From Histomonas meleagridis 2922-C6/04-290x (taxonomy: Eukaryota; Protista; Parabasalia): 64,000 nt of DNA. The stretch lies in the NCBI GenBank assembly GCA_020184695.1, contig JAANOX010000130.1, positions 124,001 through 188,000 of the forward strand, read 5' to 3'. A model generated the notes under the pieces. The model did no database searches. It saw nothing but the letters and a program-made list of their open reading frames with translations, and had not been told where the DNA came from. Of this stretch, positions 20,948 through 33,600 are shown in pieces (positions within the stretch are counted from its first letter, which is position 1; every line of letters starts with the position of its first letter). The position numbers and the translations under genes were made by a program.

Positions 20948-21490
20948 TTATTGATTATTTTGCATGTTTTCTTGCTTTTCTTGTATCCGCTTTTGTCTTC
21001 TTTCTTCTAATATCATTGCTTTATGTTCATTGATTTCAGCTTCCGCACGTTGTGTCTGTTCTCTAACAACTTCAGGAACGTGTTCGATAAGATTAATGTT
21101 CTGTGCAATATCAAATAATTTCTGTCTTGTTTCAATTGTAGCTGCCGTTCTCATTCTTCTTTCCCAATGTGCAGCTTCACGTTGCTGACGAATTTCATCA
21201 ATCAAACGAATGGAACGAAGTGTTTGAGCAACAATATTACGGTCATATTTGATTGGACGATTTCTTCTTTGTTCGAAGTCAAACGTTGAATCAACAACCA
21301 AATCTTTTCCTTGTGCTGCTCTGTAAGCTTTTGTCCATTTGAATTTACGAGGATTCTTTTTTTTCATCCAAAACTTTCTGCACTTTCCTCGACAGAAACG
21401 AAAAGTTTTGCAATCATTACGAACATACATAGTGCCATGGCCCGGCCAGACAGGTCCTCCACAAAATGAGCATTTTTCTACCCTCACCAT
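20948..21490 (-). CDS. RLP24: Ribosome biogenesis protein RLP24 (L24e family)
   Basis: CSFCGGPVWPGHG...FRFCRGKC...NPRKFKWTKAYR, plus the RLP24-specific FEQRRNRPIKYDR extension. Confidence 0.9.
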   Translation of the reverse strand: MVRVEKCSFCGGPVWPGHGTMYVRNDCKTFRFCRGKCRKFWMKKKNPRKFKWTKAYRAAQGKDLVVDSTFDFEQRRNRPIKYDRNIVAQTLRSIRLIDEIRQQREAAHWERRMRTAATIETRQKLFDIAQNINLIEHVPEVVREQTQRAEAEINEHKAMILEERRQKRIQEKQENMQNNQ

Positions 21491-21593
21491 TTTGCTCGAC
21501 CAAAATCGATTTTTTTCTAAGGAATCGGCGACATATTATATGAAAAATGCCATTTATTTAAACAAACATTGTCAAAATTCCATTTTGGGAAAA

Positions 21594-21878
21594 ATGGAAA
21601 ACCAACATATTGTTTTCCGAATTTACAAACCAGAAAATGAAGAGCTAAAGAAATTGTGTCAACCAATTGAAACAGAGCCACGAGAAGCTCTTGAAACAGT
21701 TGAAAGACTAATCGAGGATTCAAAAAATCAAGCACCAGACGTTGAAGGTATTGACATTCAGCTTGCTCCACCTCGCCAAGACAACGATATCAAGCGAATT
21801 ATGCAACCATCAATTGATGAACTCTTAGATGAGACTAAAGCAGCACTTATTGAACTTCGTAAAAGCAAAGCAAAATGA
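21594..21878 (+). CDS. CCDC12: CCDC12/Cwf18-like splicing factor
   Basis: FRIYKPENEELK...LAPPRQDNDIKR...LLDETKAALIEL matches the Cwf18 pattern (FRNY.P.D..L...LAP.K.DWDLKR). ATG at 21594. Confidence 0.65.
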   Translation: MENQHIVFRIYKPENEELKKLCQPIETEPREALETVERLIEDSKNQAPDVEGIDIQLAPPRQDNDIKRIMQPSIDELLDETKAALIELRKSKAK

Positions 21879-22079
21879 GCCACCAATATTAGCGTCAGAC
21901 TTTCCTTTCAGATATTACACTGTAAACATAGATTTGGATTTTTCTTTTTTTTCTTCATTACTTTCTGCCAGAAAAAAATTGCCATCACAAAACAACACAA
22001 TTTGTAATGTCACCTCAAAGCTCCACGATATCTATCGGATAAAATAAACGTTTCTATTTTTTTACATAAACATAAATTT

Positions 22080-24122
22080 CTATTTCGGAATTGTTTTCAT
22101 GAATTCGATCAATTCCTTTAAAGAATCCTCATCTTTTACATTCTTTATAATTGACAACAACATTTCTGTCTTCTTCGTAGCGTCGATGTTAATTGCTTTC
22201 CACATTTCCAAATAAAATATTTTAATTTCATCGATATAAGCGTAATAATCATTTTTGCAGTCGTCGAACTTCTTTTCGATGATTGCAGCGTCCAAAATAA
22301 TTTGTTCAGCTTCTTCGCTACCGAATTTTGCGGTCGGCGAAGTGTTTCGTACTTCTTTCAAAGCCTTTAACTTGAAGTACAATGCTGCGTCCTTCATCAC
22401 ATTAATAAATTTTTTGCCCAAAGTTTCGAAAAATTTGTTAATGCAATTTTCGCCGATTTTCGTTTCGAACGAAACTTTTTGTTTTAATTTATTCATTTCT
22501 TTTATTATATAATTTCGTAACAAATTAATTATTGACAAAAAAACAGATTTCGCAATGAATTTATCACCGCAAATATTTATAGTTACATTTGAACCAATTG
22601 TTCCATATTCGAATGTTTGGATTTCATCTTCTTCAATCGGAACAGAAAAACAATTTTCAAGAATTGTTGTTGAATTAATTCCATTAATTTCAAGTACACA
22701 TAAATCATTATTTTCAATGTTGTTAATTACGTCGTTATTAACTTTCTTAAATAACCCAAATGGCTTCAAGATAAAACTCTTGTTTTCCATATAATGAGAG
22801 TTCGAAAACATTATAAAACAATTTAACGTTCCGCTTTTCCCGATTTTATATGAAAAATCAAATGCGATGCGAGTCAATGAACCATTCGATGGTTGAATAA
22901 CAGTAGAAAATTGCTCCGATTTATATGATTGACATGGAATTATGACGATTTGGGAATCGTTACGTGGATAATATGTTAATGAGATAGTTGATGAAATTGA
23001 AACTTTGGATATTGGATTTTGACTTTCAATAAGGAAATTGAATTTTTGGTTGTTTAAGTCATTTCGAACTTCAACATTTGTTTTCCCTGAATATGTTACC
23101 AATTGAATGTGATTCTTTTTGGCCTCGATTTCAAGTTGTTCAATGCGAGATTTTAATTGCGATATTTCGGATTCTGTGACTTTTGGAGCTTTGCCACTTA
23201 ATAATGATTTGTCTGATTTAGGTTCAATAAATAGAATTCCTACTTGCCCTGTTTGGGATGTAATAAGTGCTGAAATCATATCGGATGAGTATATTAAACC
23301 AATTCCGATGTTGGATATATTAAAACCAATTTGAATTGTTGAAACAATTTTGGGAGCATCAAGTAATGCAAGAGAAATTAATACTATAGAACAATCTTCT
23401 AATGAAATTAAAAGTTCAGTAAAACCATCGTGATCAAAATCATATGATGAAATTGCTGTAGCTGATGAATCTAATGTTATTGATGAAACATTTTGATCGT
23501 CTTTGTTGTAAAGTCGAATAACGGAATCGGAGCACCCCAAAACAATAAACGTCTCCTTATCGTCTTTTGTACGTTGTATTGTGGTGATGCAATTAATAGA
23601 GGCAGAAAGACGTGTTACAAGTTGAGCGTTATTACCAATTAAAGTATAAAGGGATCCATCACTACATGAAATATATGGAATATCATTTAAACATGAGATA
23701 CCTGTAATTGTGGATGAAAGATTAATAAATTGTGAATTTGGTGTAATTAATGAACACATAGAATAAGAAGCTGAAACAAGTGTGGATTTTTGATAACATA
23801 AATAAGAAATATTATTTTCAAATGGAGAATCTTTGATTTTTGTTTGTTCACCCTTCCTTGAAAAAGATAAGATTTCGCGATTATTTGACATGATAAAAGA
23901 ATTCCCATTTGAAATTAAAGCCTCTGAATTACCACTCTCATTGTTACTAACAAAGCGTAGATTTAATGTTTTGTTATCATATCGATAAGATCTTAATTTT
24001 CCATCAGAACCAACAATTCCCCATTTTTGCGTTTTATGTCCTGATTTATTAAGTAATGCAAGTCCGCAAGGTTTGATTGATGGTAAATGAAGGATTGGAT
24101 AATAAGAGAGATTAATTTCCAT
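22080..24122 (-). CDS. BBS7: BBSome subunit BBS7-like protein
   Basis: 680 aa. HKTQKWGIVGSDG resembles BBS7 ATQKVVIGDHDG, followed by a beta-propeller, a coiled coil and GAE/platform-like regions. Confidence 0.7.
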   Translation of the reverse strand: MEINLSYYPILHLPSIKPCGLALLNKSGHKTQKWGIVGSDGKLRSYRYDNKTLNLRFVSNNESGNSEALISNGNSFIMSNNREILSFSRKGEQTKIKDSPFENNISYLCYQKSTLVSASYSMCSLITPNSQFINLSSTITGISCLNDIPYISCSDGSLYTLIGNNAQLVTRLSASINCITTIQRTKDDKETFIVLGCSDSVIRLYNKDDQNVSSITLDSSATAISSYDFDHDGFTELLISLEDCSIVLISLALLDAPKIVSTIQIGFNISNIGIGLIYSSDMISALITSQTGQVGILFIEPKSDKSLLSGKAPKVTESEISQLKSRIEQLEIEAKKNHIQLVTYSGKTNVEVRNDLNNQKFNFLIESQNPISKVSISSTISLTYYPRNDSQIVIIPCQSYKSEQFSTVIQPSNGSLTRIAFDFSYKIGKSGTLNCFIMFSNSHYMENKSFILKPFGLFKKVNNDVINNIENNDLCVLEINGINSTTILENCFSVPIEEDEIQTFEYGTIGSNVTINICGDKFIAKSVFLSIINLLRNYIIKEMNKLKQKVSFETKIGENCINKFFETLGKKFINVMKDAALYFKLKALKEVRNTSPTAKFGSEEAEQIILDAAIIEKKFDDCKNDYYAYIDEIKIFYLEMWKAINIDATKKTEMLLSIIKNVKDEDSLKELIEFMKTIPK

Positions 24123-24495
24123 TTTTTGAAATAGGGTACCCTAATGATAAAGAAAAAATTAATTTTTCTTTAACTAATTTTTATAGAACAGGGTAAACAA
24201 TCAATCATTAAATATTGAAATATTTATTTCAAATTTAATCTATAGTCTGTTAAAAAAAATCAAATTAATTATTAATATTAATTTTTTTAAACGCAAAATA
24301 AACAAATAATACACATGAACATAGGTCAGATTTAGCATGGCTTTTTAACAGTCTTGTTTTAATATTGATAATCACAGTTCAAAACGGATTAATGTATTCA
24401 TCAGCAAATTGGTTATGACCAAGAAACAGGGGAGCCGTTTAATACAACGTTTGCTGGGAATGGTCGAAAACCTTTTCCATTTTCTTCCGAAGCTA

Positions 24496-26262
24496 ATGCA
24501 AATGTTTATGACAGTCCTAAGCAACCTCATTTTTAATATAAAAAATTATATTTCGAATTTTTTGCAAATTGGAAATACATCAAATAACCAATCACAAAGT
24601 GATGAAGAAAAATCAGAAGTGCCTCCAGAAGAAATTCCGAAGCAACTTAATTTCATTAATTTTTATTTTGCAAAAATTGGTCCAGAATTCTTAAAAGATC
24701 CTATGATAAATTTCGAATCTAACGATCCGAATGATATCTTTGAATATGCGATCAATCTTCAAAGTGAAAAATCAAAAACAAGGCAAGATTTACAATTATC
24801 GGCGGAGATAATCAAATTGCTAGCTGAAAATGGCTACGGCGAAGCTCAAATTGCTTATGCCCAGATATTAGAAATTAGCCAAAAATATGAAGAATCCGAC
24901 ATAATTTTTGAAAATTGCAAAGATCTCTCACCAAATGGTATGTACCACTATGGGCGAATTCTCGAACTCAAAGGCAATTACAACAAAGCCCTTGAATATT
25001 ATCAAAAATCGAATAATCAATTCGCAAATTATCATTACTCTCTTCTTCTCGACCAAATGGAACACAACAACGCTCAAGCCAATCCAGACAGATCTTCTTC
25101 AACACTAGTTCATTATGGCATGAATTATTTACTCATTCAAGATTATGAGTCATCTGCCAAACTTTTTAAAGCCGCTTCCGATCTTGACAATACTGAAGCA
25201 CAATATCAGCTCGGCAAAATGTTATATGAAGGAACTGGTCTCAACCGCAACATCGCACAATCAGCACATTATTTCCAACTTGCAGCAACAAAACATCACA
25301 CTAAAGCACTCGTATACTATGGGCAACAACTTGAACATGGCAAAGGTATTCCAGTAGATCTTGAAAATGCGGCAATATGTTATCGACAAGCCGCACTTCA
25401 AAACGATGCCAAAGCTCAAGTACTCTATGGACAAATGATCGAATATGGGAAACTTTCATCAAGTTTTAGTATTAATCGCCGTTACATTGAAGCCATTTCT
25501 AAGAACAACGAAAGCGAGATCTTTAAATGCGAAATGTATTTTGAGTTTGGTAATGATCGCCAAAGTATTATAGCTACAGCACTTAACTATAAAGAAGCGC
25601 ATAAGAATAATAACATCACATTAATGAATCGATATAAAGAACAACTAATAAAAGGAGAAGAAAAACAATCATCAATATCAAATGCAGCTAAGTATTATCA
25701 TCTTAGTTCATTACAAAATGATTCCGATGGATTGTTTTTGCTCGGAATGTTAAATGAGTTTGGCGACGGGGTGCCCCAAAACTTTACAAAAGCTGCAGAA
25801 TGCTATCAAGCTGCTGCAAACTTAGGCCATGATGGAGCTCGGTTTAATCTGTCACGTTTAGTGAAATATGGAGATGGAATTGAGCAAGACCAAAAGAGAT
25901 ATCTTCAATTGATACAAAAAGATTTCGATTTTAATTGCTTTAGACCATTCATAATATACTATAGGAAAATGGCTGAAGATAACAGAAGTTGGGCATTCGC
26001 ACGATATGGGATTTTACTTCAATATGGAATAGGAATCAAACAAGATGAACATTTGGCGGCTTTATATTATAAATTGGCCGCTGACGAAGGATCTGTAATA
26101 GGTTCTGTGCTGTTCGGTCACGCGTTGGAGTATGGCATTGGCGTGACAAAAAGCCAAAAGGTGGCGGAAATGTGGTATAAAAACGCAAACTATGCAAAAA
26201 TGGCTGAAAGAAAAGGAATTTTGTATGCTATATACGAGTTGCTGAAAAAATACAGTGAATAA
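24496..26262 (+). CDS. Sel1-like repeat protein
   Basis: Repeated AQYQLGKMLYEGTG...SAHYFQLAA and LGMLNEFGDGVPQNFTKAAECYQAAA motifs. Confidence 0.88.
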   Translation: MQMFMTVLSNLIFNIKNYISNFLQIGNTSNNQSQSDEEKSEVPPEEIPKQLNFINFYFAKIGPEFLKDPMINFESNDPNDIFEYAINLQSEKSKTRQDLQLSAEIIKLLAENGYGEAQIAYAQILEISQKYEESDIIFENCKDLSPNGMYHYGRILELKGNYNKALEYYQKSNNQFANYHYSLLLDQMEHNNAQANPDRSSSTLVHYGMNYLLIQDYESSAKLFKAASDLDNTEAQYQLGKMLYEGTGLNRNIAQSAHYFQLAATKHHTKALVYYGQQLEHGKGIPVDLENAAICYRQAALQNDAKAQVLYGQMIEYGKLSSSFSINRRYIEAISKNNESEIFKCEMYFEFGNDRQSIIATALNYKEAHKNNNITLMNRYKEQLIKGEEKQSSISNAAKYYHLSSLQNDSDGLFLLGMLNEFGDGVPQNFTKAAECYQAAANLGHDGARFNLSRLVKYGDGIEQDQKRYLQLIQKDFDFNCFRPFIIYYRKMAEDNRSWAFARYGILLQYGIGIKQDEHLAALYYKLAADEGSVIGSVLFGHALEYGIGVTKSQKVAEMWYKNANYAKMAERKGILYAIYELLKKYSE

Positions 26263-26501
26263 AAATATTTATTGTAAAAAATCTAGGTTTTAAAATTCGT
26301 CCTTTTTACATCTCAATATTGTCCATCAGATTTTCCTTGAGATTTGGGGTTCTTTATTTAGTATAACTCAAGCATGTGTAGCTTTAAAAAAAGCGGTATT
26401 TGAATTGTCACCGCCTGTGTTTATATTTTTTAAATTTGCTGATGAAATATATGTTAAACGGTCGCAAAAATTTACTAGTAAAAAGTGACAGAAATTTCTC
26501 T

Positions 26502-26978
26502 ATGTGGTTCTTCCAGCCATATCCACAGAGACAACTCCAATTTAACTTCGAACCAACAATCCGCGAAATAGACGAAAATGAAGAAAGGTGCCACCAACGT
26601 TATATTGACTCTTTGACACCTGAAGAACAAGCAAATTTCCAGAAAACAGTTTGTCTTCACTGGATACGTACTTTATGCAATAAAGGTGATCATTGCAAGT
26701 TCCTTCATGAAATTGACAGAGATAAAATGACAAAATGTTGGTTTTGGGAAAAATTTCATGAATGCAGTAATTTTGAATGCATTTTCAAGCACGATGATAT
26801 CGAAATGCACAATGAAAAGTGTAAGTTTTATGTACGTGGTTTTTGCAGACATGGAAATAAATGTAGAAGGAAGCATGTTATGAAGGATTCTATATGTTTG
26901 AACTACCTTGCTGGCTTCTGTCCAGATGGTCCTAATTGTATCTTCTCTCATGCCAAGTGGGTTGAAGAAGATAATTAA
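26502..26978 (+). CDS. CPSF4: CPSF30/YTH1 CCCH zinc-finger protein
   Basis: FQKTVCLHWIRTLCNKGDHCKFLHE...CKFYVRGFCRHGNKCRRKH...CLNYLAGFCPDGPNCIFSH. Confidence 0.9.
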   Translation: MWFFQPYPQRQLQFNFEPTIREIDENEERCHQRYIDSLTPEEQANFQKTVCLHWIRTLCNKGDHCKFLHEIDRDKMTKCWFWEKFHECSNFECIFKHDDIEMHNEKCKFYVRGFCRHGNKCRRKHVMKDSICLNYLAGFCPDGPNCIFSHAKWVEEDN

Positions 26979-27784
26979 AATTTGTCAAAATGAACAATAA
27001 ATACGATATGGATTTCACGAAACTTATTTATTCTGATTAAAGAATGAACATTCGTTATAATAAATTTTTTTTCATCATATTTTATTTTTATTATTTTTGA
27101 AATTTCAAAAAGCTTATATAAATTTGTTGTAGAGTGAAAGACTGTCTACCGTGATAAGAATGCCATTCATATAAGCTTTTTTTACAATCAAGTTTAATGA
27201 ATAAATGCTAAATAATAACATCACATTTCACTAGGGTTGCTTTTGGGGAGTCTGTCGTTTGGGGAATTTTCGTTTTTCACAACTTCTGGTTTGGTACAAT
27301 TGTAAAAATATTCTGTATTAAATATCTTGGTACAAGGATCATAATACATTTTTTTTTTTCAAGCAATTCTTTGTGGTTGTATGAAATTAGACAGTTTTTC
27401 AAGGTTTTATTTTTATATATAGAAAAATTTATCTTTATAGCTAATACAGAAAGCAGAATAACTCCTGGAACAAGAAAGAAAATCATTGGAACCTTGGCAT
27501 TTCAAGGAGCCTTTGATAAATTTTCTAAAATATGAATTATGTTGAAACATGTTCCCAAAGGAATAGTATCAATTTTTACAAACTTTTAGTAAGCAAGCAA
27601 ACAACATCATTATTTATTTAATGCATATACAATTCACTAACATATTTCTCAACAGATCAAAAATAACTCTCCCAAAATTCGTGAGCAACTAAAAGACATT
27701 TACAACAACGAAGAAAACATTATATTCAAGAGTATTATAGATTTTTATATATATTCTATTTCTAAAATTTATTTCTTTATTTTA

Positions 27785-28783
27785 TTACTCTATAAAAATC
27801 CCAAGTGCGTCCAGCACTGCGAACCACGCGATTATAATTGGGATGAAGAAAATATTTGTCCAAAATATCATTGTCGAAGATGCTCCAGTACCAATGTTCG
27901 CATTATACGAAAGCAAATACGATGCAACAGCAGTCGGCAATGTCGTGATTACTATTGCCTGTCTCGACTGCCTTCCCGACAAACCCAAAGCTGACGAGAA
28001 TAGCCCGGTCAACAGTGGCATTATAATATGTCGTGAAACTGCGCAAATGATAAATTGAACCCACGAGCAACTCAACAATGAATGATCGGCTAAAAATGAT
28101 CCAACACAAAAACAAGAAAGCGCTAAAACACATTGACTCATAATGATAATTAATCGATCAATGAAATAACAAGTTGGGATCCCAACGCCTGCCCAAAAGA
28201 AGCCGATGATATAACCGATAATAATCGGATTTTTGATGATGCCAATAATTATGTTTAAGATGATTTTAAAGGAAAATTTTTCTTTTGGCTCGCCTTTTTT
28301 AACATGTTCTCGATTATTTGATAGATATGTATTAATGCCTGATAAAATAAGATATATGGGAGCCGCAATTAAATCATTGCACAATGTAATAACTGTAAGA
28401 ATTTGGTTTTCTGAGGCATCCCAAATGCTATCAAAAATTGGAATACCAATGATAACATAATTAACATATGTAGATGGAAGTGTGGTGGATAGATAATATG
28501 CAAGGCGATTTTCATTCTTGAATATAAGGACAAATAACAGAAATACATGTGTGGAAATAATTGCCAACGCACATGCGCCAAATGGCCTAAAATCAATCTT
28601 GGAGAGGTCCTGGTAAACTACATTATTGGCAATTAAGGGAACAAAACAAGGTTTGAATATAAATGTATTAATTCTATCAAAAGCATAACTTTTGATAATG
28701 CGAAACTTGCGGGCAATAAACCCAATGAAGATAAGTGTAATGACTGCGCATCCAACTGAAATAACGTTGGAGTAATCAACCAT
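27785..28783 (-). CDS. Auxin-efflux-carrier (AEC) family membrane transporter
   Basis: About 10 TM helices; N-terminal ILIGFIARKF, NYVIIGIPI, KNPIIIG, LPTAVASY motifs. Confidence 0.8.
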   Translation of the reverse strand: MVDYSNVISVGCAVITLIFIGFIARKFRIIKSYAFDRINTFIFKPCFVPLIANNVVYQDLSKIDFRPFGACALAIISTHVFLLFVLIFKNENRLAYYLSTTLPSTYVNYVIIGIPIFDSIWDASENQILTVITLCNDLIAAPIYLILSGINTYLSNNREHVKKGEPKEKFSFKIILNIIIGIIKNPIIIGYIIGFFWAGVGIPTCYFIDRLIIIMSQCVLALSCFCVGSFLADHSLLSCSWVQFIICAVSRHIIMPLLTGLFSSALGLSGRQSRQAIVITTLPTAVASYLLSYNANIGTGASSTMIFWTNIFFIPIIIAWFAVLDALGIFIE

Positions 28784-28999
28784 TAAATTTTTTGTTTTTC
28801 AAGAACCAGAGAGAGACCGTTTAAAAATGTTGGAGGGCATTGAAAAAGTTCAGGATTTCAATCGATGATAGATTTCTTTTTCAGAATAAATGCTGATAAA
28901 CCAATCATCCATTGAATCAATATCGGCTCACTGAATTTTGATAGAGCAAGTTTTGTTCAGTTTGAATTCAATAAACAAACCAAAAGTTTTGTAAAAAAA

Positions 29000-30125
29000 T
29001 TTACAGTAAGAGCACAAACATTAAATAATCAATTAGATATTCTTCTATTGATCAGATGCTTTATGAACGCCTAAAGAAAAATGAAAAATCCAAAAGCATT
29101 AAGTTATTAAATGATGAAATAGTTTTTGAAAAAAATGGATCCATATCTACAAGTATACAAAATCCTTAAAAAAAAATTAGAACACATAAAATTATGAATA
29201 CTCTAAAGATATTCATACCTTTCGATCAAGACTTTGTCAATAAAAAATATCGGTCAAAACATTGGAAATGTGAGATGATTCTTATCGTCAGATCACATGA
29301 TAAACCGCCTTTTTAAAAAGTAAACTGAAAAAATAAAATTGTTGTTTATGGAGATTCTTATTCAACTTGAGCAAATTATTTTTAATTTAGACAAGGGAAA
29401 TATTAATTTCTCAGTACAAATATTAAATTTATTTGATGAAAATTTGCAATACACATTTAACATAAGTTATGACTCATAAGCAATATAATTTATTAAGCAT
29501 TTTGCTTACAAAGTAAAATATCTGTTTCTTTAGCTAAAGAAAGAAATGATCGAAAAATGCTCAAAAATTATTAAACTTTTTCGATGCAATTATCAAAAAT
29601 TAAATCATAGGAATCATTTTGTCTTCTTGAAAAAAAATGATTGAACAAAATTTAGATGTTTCAAATAAAACAGCAAATATCACATCAAAATATTTTACGC
29701 ATGACAAAAGTAAAAGCGAAAACAAATGAATACTAAATTATGATTCACTGCCAAAACCATTTTCAAATGATTTTGAAGATTCGAATAAATTTTTTTAATA
29801 CATTTTGGAAAACATTGAAGAACTTTCAAGTAATGACTATGAACTTCACAAGCAATATGTTAAAGAAGGAGTTAATGCAATTGCAATTGCGAAAATAATT
29901 CGAAATGCTGGCATCGAAAACTTTCAAGAAGCATGAACGCGAAATTATTTTAATCAAAAAATTGAACCATTACTTTATGCAAGTTGTTCCTTTATAAAGG
30001 AAATCTAGAGGATATATCATTAATTAATTATACAGCATTTTTCAGATCAGTTAAATGCTTTGAACACTTACTTCTGAATGGTGTAAATGTAAATTAAACA
30101 GGTAAATATGTAGTTGCAGGTATCA
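29000..30125 (+). pseudogene. Decayed DUF3447/ankyrin family gene
   Basis: Remnants homologous to loci A and B (ELSSNDYELHKQYVKEGVNA, IEPLLYASCSF, TAFFRSVKCFEHLLLNG) with many stops and frameshifts. Confidence 0.75.
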
Positions 30126-30631
30126 GTAAATTGCAAAAGTATTCTATAACAAAAGGTGTTATATAGAACTCACTGAGTGTTCTTTATGTTCCTTGTGTAG
30201 CTTCTCCAAGTTCTACAGCGGGAACTCTTCGAATTTCTTATTATTTCTCAATTTTTTTTTTATCATAAAATCTAATAAAGCAGTCCGGTTTCGGCATAAC
30301 TTCGAGCTGTGCCGCGTTTTCATATTCCACAACCAAGAATTGTGCAATTATTTCTTTGTGTTTGCAGTGTCCAAAATTGTGTATAACTCACCAACTCTTT
30401 GCCCCTCAGTCCAAAATAGTATAAAAATTCTTCCTTAATCAAACTTAAATTATTTCATCTGAAGCCACAAAAATTGAGGTGTAATTACCTTTAAAGTTTT
30501 GATGAATATTTCAAATGAATTTGGTTTCGTTGATAATATTGGTGATTGGATCAAACTTTAAACAAAAACAGACACTTTCACCAATTAAAGATAAATCCTT
30601 GTGAAGCTTGTTTTCGTCTGTACAAAGCAAA

Positions 30632-30652
30632 AAAAATCCGCGCTGCTGGAAT
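30632..30652 (-). repeat. 21-bp target-site duplication (tRNA-Tyr 3' end plus T-run), distal copy
   Basis: aaaaatccgcgctgctggaat is identical at 30632-30652 and 36509-36529. Confidence 0.92.
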
Positions 30653-33600
30653 TAAGTGTTTATTCACGTATGCTAATGCTCACTAAAGAGAGTTTGCTAT
30701 GTATAACGACGCGTCCGTCTGACCTTATGGCAGGTTGACCCTACTATTATTATCCATATTATTGCTGTTCTTCGGGGTGACCGTAACGGTTTTAACTGTT
30801 TGTAAAAGTCTTGACTGATGTCTAACTTTCATTTGTTTTCGTATTTCATCAATACTTTTTCTTTTAATTATTGAATTCATCTTCGTTAAGGTATCTTCTC
30901 TTTTCTTTGTTTTGTTCTTATCTAATATAAAAGATCTTTTCTTCTATTATAGATTTATGTTTATTACCTTTTTTGATTGTTTTGTTGGGTTCTGAAATAT
31001 TGTACTTATTTTCTGCTTCTTTTAATGTAAATTAAACATATTCTTTTCGTTCTTCTTCATTCGTATCTGAAGGTTCTGGAATTAGAGAAAATATCTGAGA
31101 AAGGTACTTCTTCTTATGGATTATAATTATCTTCATATATGACATTAAAATCTTCTTCTTCTCTTTCTAAATTAATGTTTATATTATTGTTATTATTTTT
31201 ATTTTTATTTTTGTCTTTCTCGTATACTAATATTCAGAATATTAACATTGATTCTCTCAGTGCTGCAATAACACATCTTCTAGATACTTAATGTAATAAC
31301 CTTTTATTTCCATTAAATAATCTTTTCGAATCTTTAGTAGTTTTATTCGGGATAATACCTAATGATGAAATAATAATTATATAAAGGTCGATTTCTATAT
31401 TAAGTTTACGTTTGCATAATTCAACATAATCTTTGTATATATCTTCTTTTTCTTTACTTCTAATAACTAAAGTTAATTCTGGATTGTCATCAAGATTCCA
31501 AATTGTGCCATACGGGGAATTGACTTCAACTAGAGTCAATTTATTGTTATTGATATACCATATGTCCTGTTTTAATGTTCCAATAGTTTTGTGATCTTTG
31601 TCTATTATTTTAGTATTCCTGTTGAATATTATATTATTACCTTTATAATCATTTTCTTTAATTCCTTTAATTATTTCTTCCACTATTGCATTATGTCTTT
31701 TAGTAGTTATATTTCAAATTTTGATGCAACCATTAATTCGATGCATTAATGAATCATTTTGATTTAAGTTACATCTGTTACATTTAGGATTTATATTTGG
31801 ATTATTCTTATTTAGGATTTTATTTGTTGGTAAATTATTGCATCTTGCTAGAATAACGAATTTAATAATATTATTATATGTTGATGCTCTAAAATTAAAT
31901 AAAAGAAGTTTGAATCCGCTGATTTATCTATTGAACAATAAGTATAAGCTTTAAATGATAATCTTTTAAGGATTGCTGAACGTTACTTTCGTATCATTTT
32001 ATTTATATATTTCGTGATATTTTATTCATTGATACATTCTTCTATTTCTTCTTCTTCTTTTTTTATTTGTTTTTAACTTGATAAATAATACAATTGTTTT
32101 CTTTTTAATTTGGCTTAAAACCTACTTCTAGATTATATAATGATTTTGTTGCTCTACATTGTGTACTATTTGTTTTTTTTTTCAGGATTTCGTATGGTTT
32201 TACCTTTCTACTCAGATGGAATTCCAAAATATAGTAAGTTTTCATCTACTTGTATTTTCCTATAATCTAATTCTTTGTACATTGTCATTCTAATAAAATT
32301 CCTAATGTTTATATCATTTGATAATAATAAACCTGTAAAGGTTATTAATTGTAATACATAATTTCTTTTTTCAAGTTTTTTATATCTAATAAATTCATCA
32401 AGTTTTTTTTATTCTTTAATAATACATAAGCCATTTAACATTTCAATATCTAATTGAGGAGTAATTATTCTTTAAATTGCATCTATTATTTGATTGATTT
32501 TTATAGGATAATTGATTATTCATATTATTTTCTGTTTAATTTCATTAATTTTGATTTGTTTTGAGTGTTTTTTACTTTTACGATTTATTGCTATTAGTGT
32601 TCCTAAATATTTAATATATTCCATTATTGGATGATTTGGTATTTCTTCATCATTAATAGTAAAACATTCATTTGGAATTGGTCTTTTGTTATCGAAATTT
32701 ATATAAGATAAAGTCCTATATTTTTGTAAAGCTATTCCAAGTTTAAATATTTTACAAAATTCCTCTACTGTTTTAAGCATATTTCAAGTATTGGTGATAA
32801 CGGACATCCTTGCCTGACACCTCCATCAATATTAATCCAATCCAATTATTCATTTTTCGATTCTATTCGTGTTTTAATATCTGTATATAAATCTTTAATT
32901 GATTTAACAAAATAATCTGGAAATCCTAATTGTTTTAGTGACCAAGTAATAAGTTTATGATATACTGAATCAAAAGCTTTAGCAAAATCTAATGCTGTGA
33001 TATTAATTGAATCTTTTGATCTGACTGATTGTGCGATTATTTCATTTATGTCAGTAATATGTTCTGTTATACCATTTATATTAGTTTTGATTAATATTCC
33101 TAATATTTTTCTATATTTTTACCTTCAAATGAATTAATTATTATTTCATTATCAATATTTTTTAAGGCATCTTTAATTGCTTTTTCTGAATAAGATATGA
33201 AATTATTTCTTGTATCTGATTCTTGTAGTTCTCTATATTTAATTATTTTCTCCATATGTGATATTATTTTAAATAATTGATTTTCTTGTATATATTTTCT
33301 TCTTAGATTAATATTTCGAATATTATCATTACTGTTTATCTTTTTGTTATTATTTGAACTCAACATATGATTTAATGGAATTTTTAAAGCTTTTCTGATT
33401 GTTTTCCTTAATATTGAATTAATCTTACATAAACAAACTTGAAATATTATAATCCATTCTTCTTCTGTTTTATCTTTAGTTTTACATTTTTTAATTGACG
33501 GTATAAATTTTATTTTCGAAAGCGTTACTTATTTGTTTGTGAATTTTATTTTTTATATTTTTATTCATCATTGGTAGTCTAATTATATGTGATTCCTGGA

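Noticed and set aside
30200-30420. Possible pogo/CENP-B-type HTH remnant (HNSWLWNMKTRH) on the minus strand
   Set aside because: Only one short motif, with stops, and no DDE domain or termini found; too weak to call.
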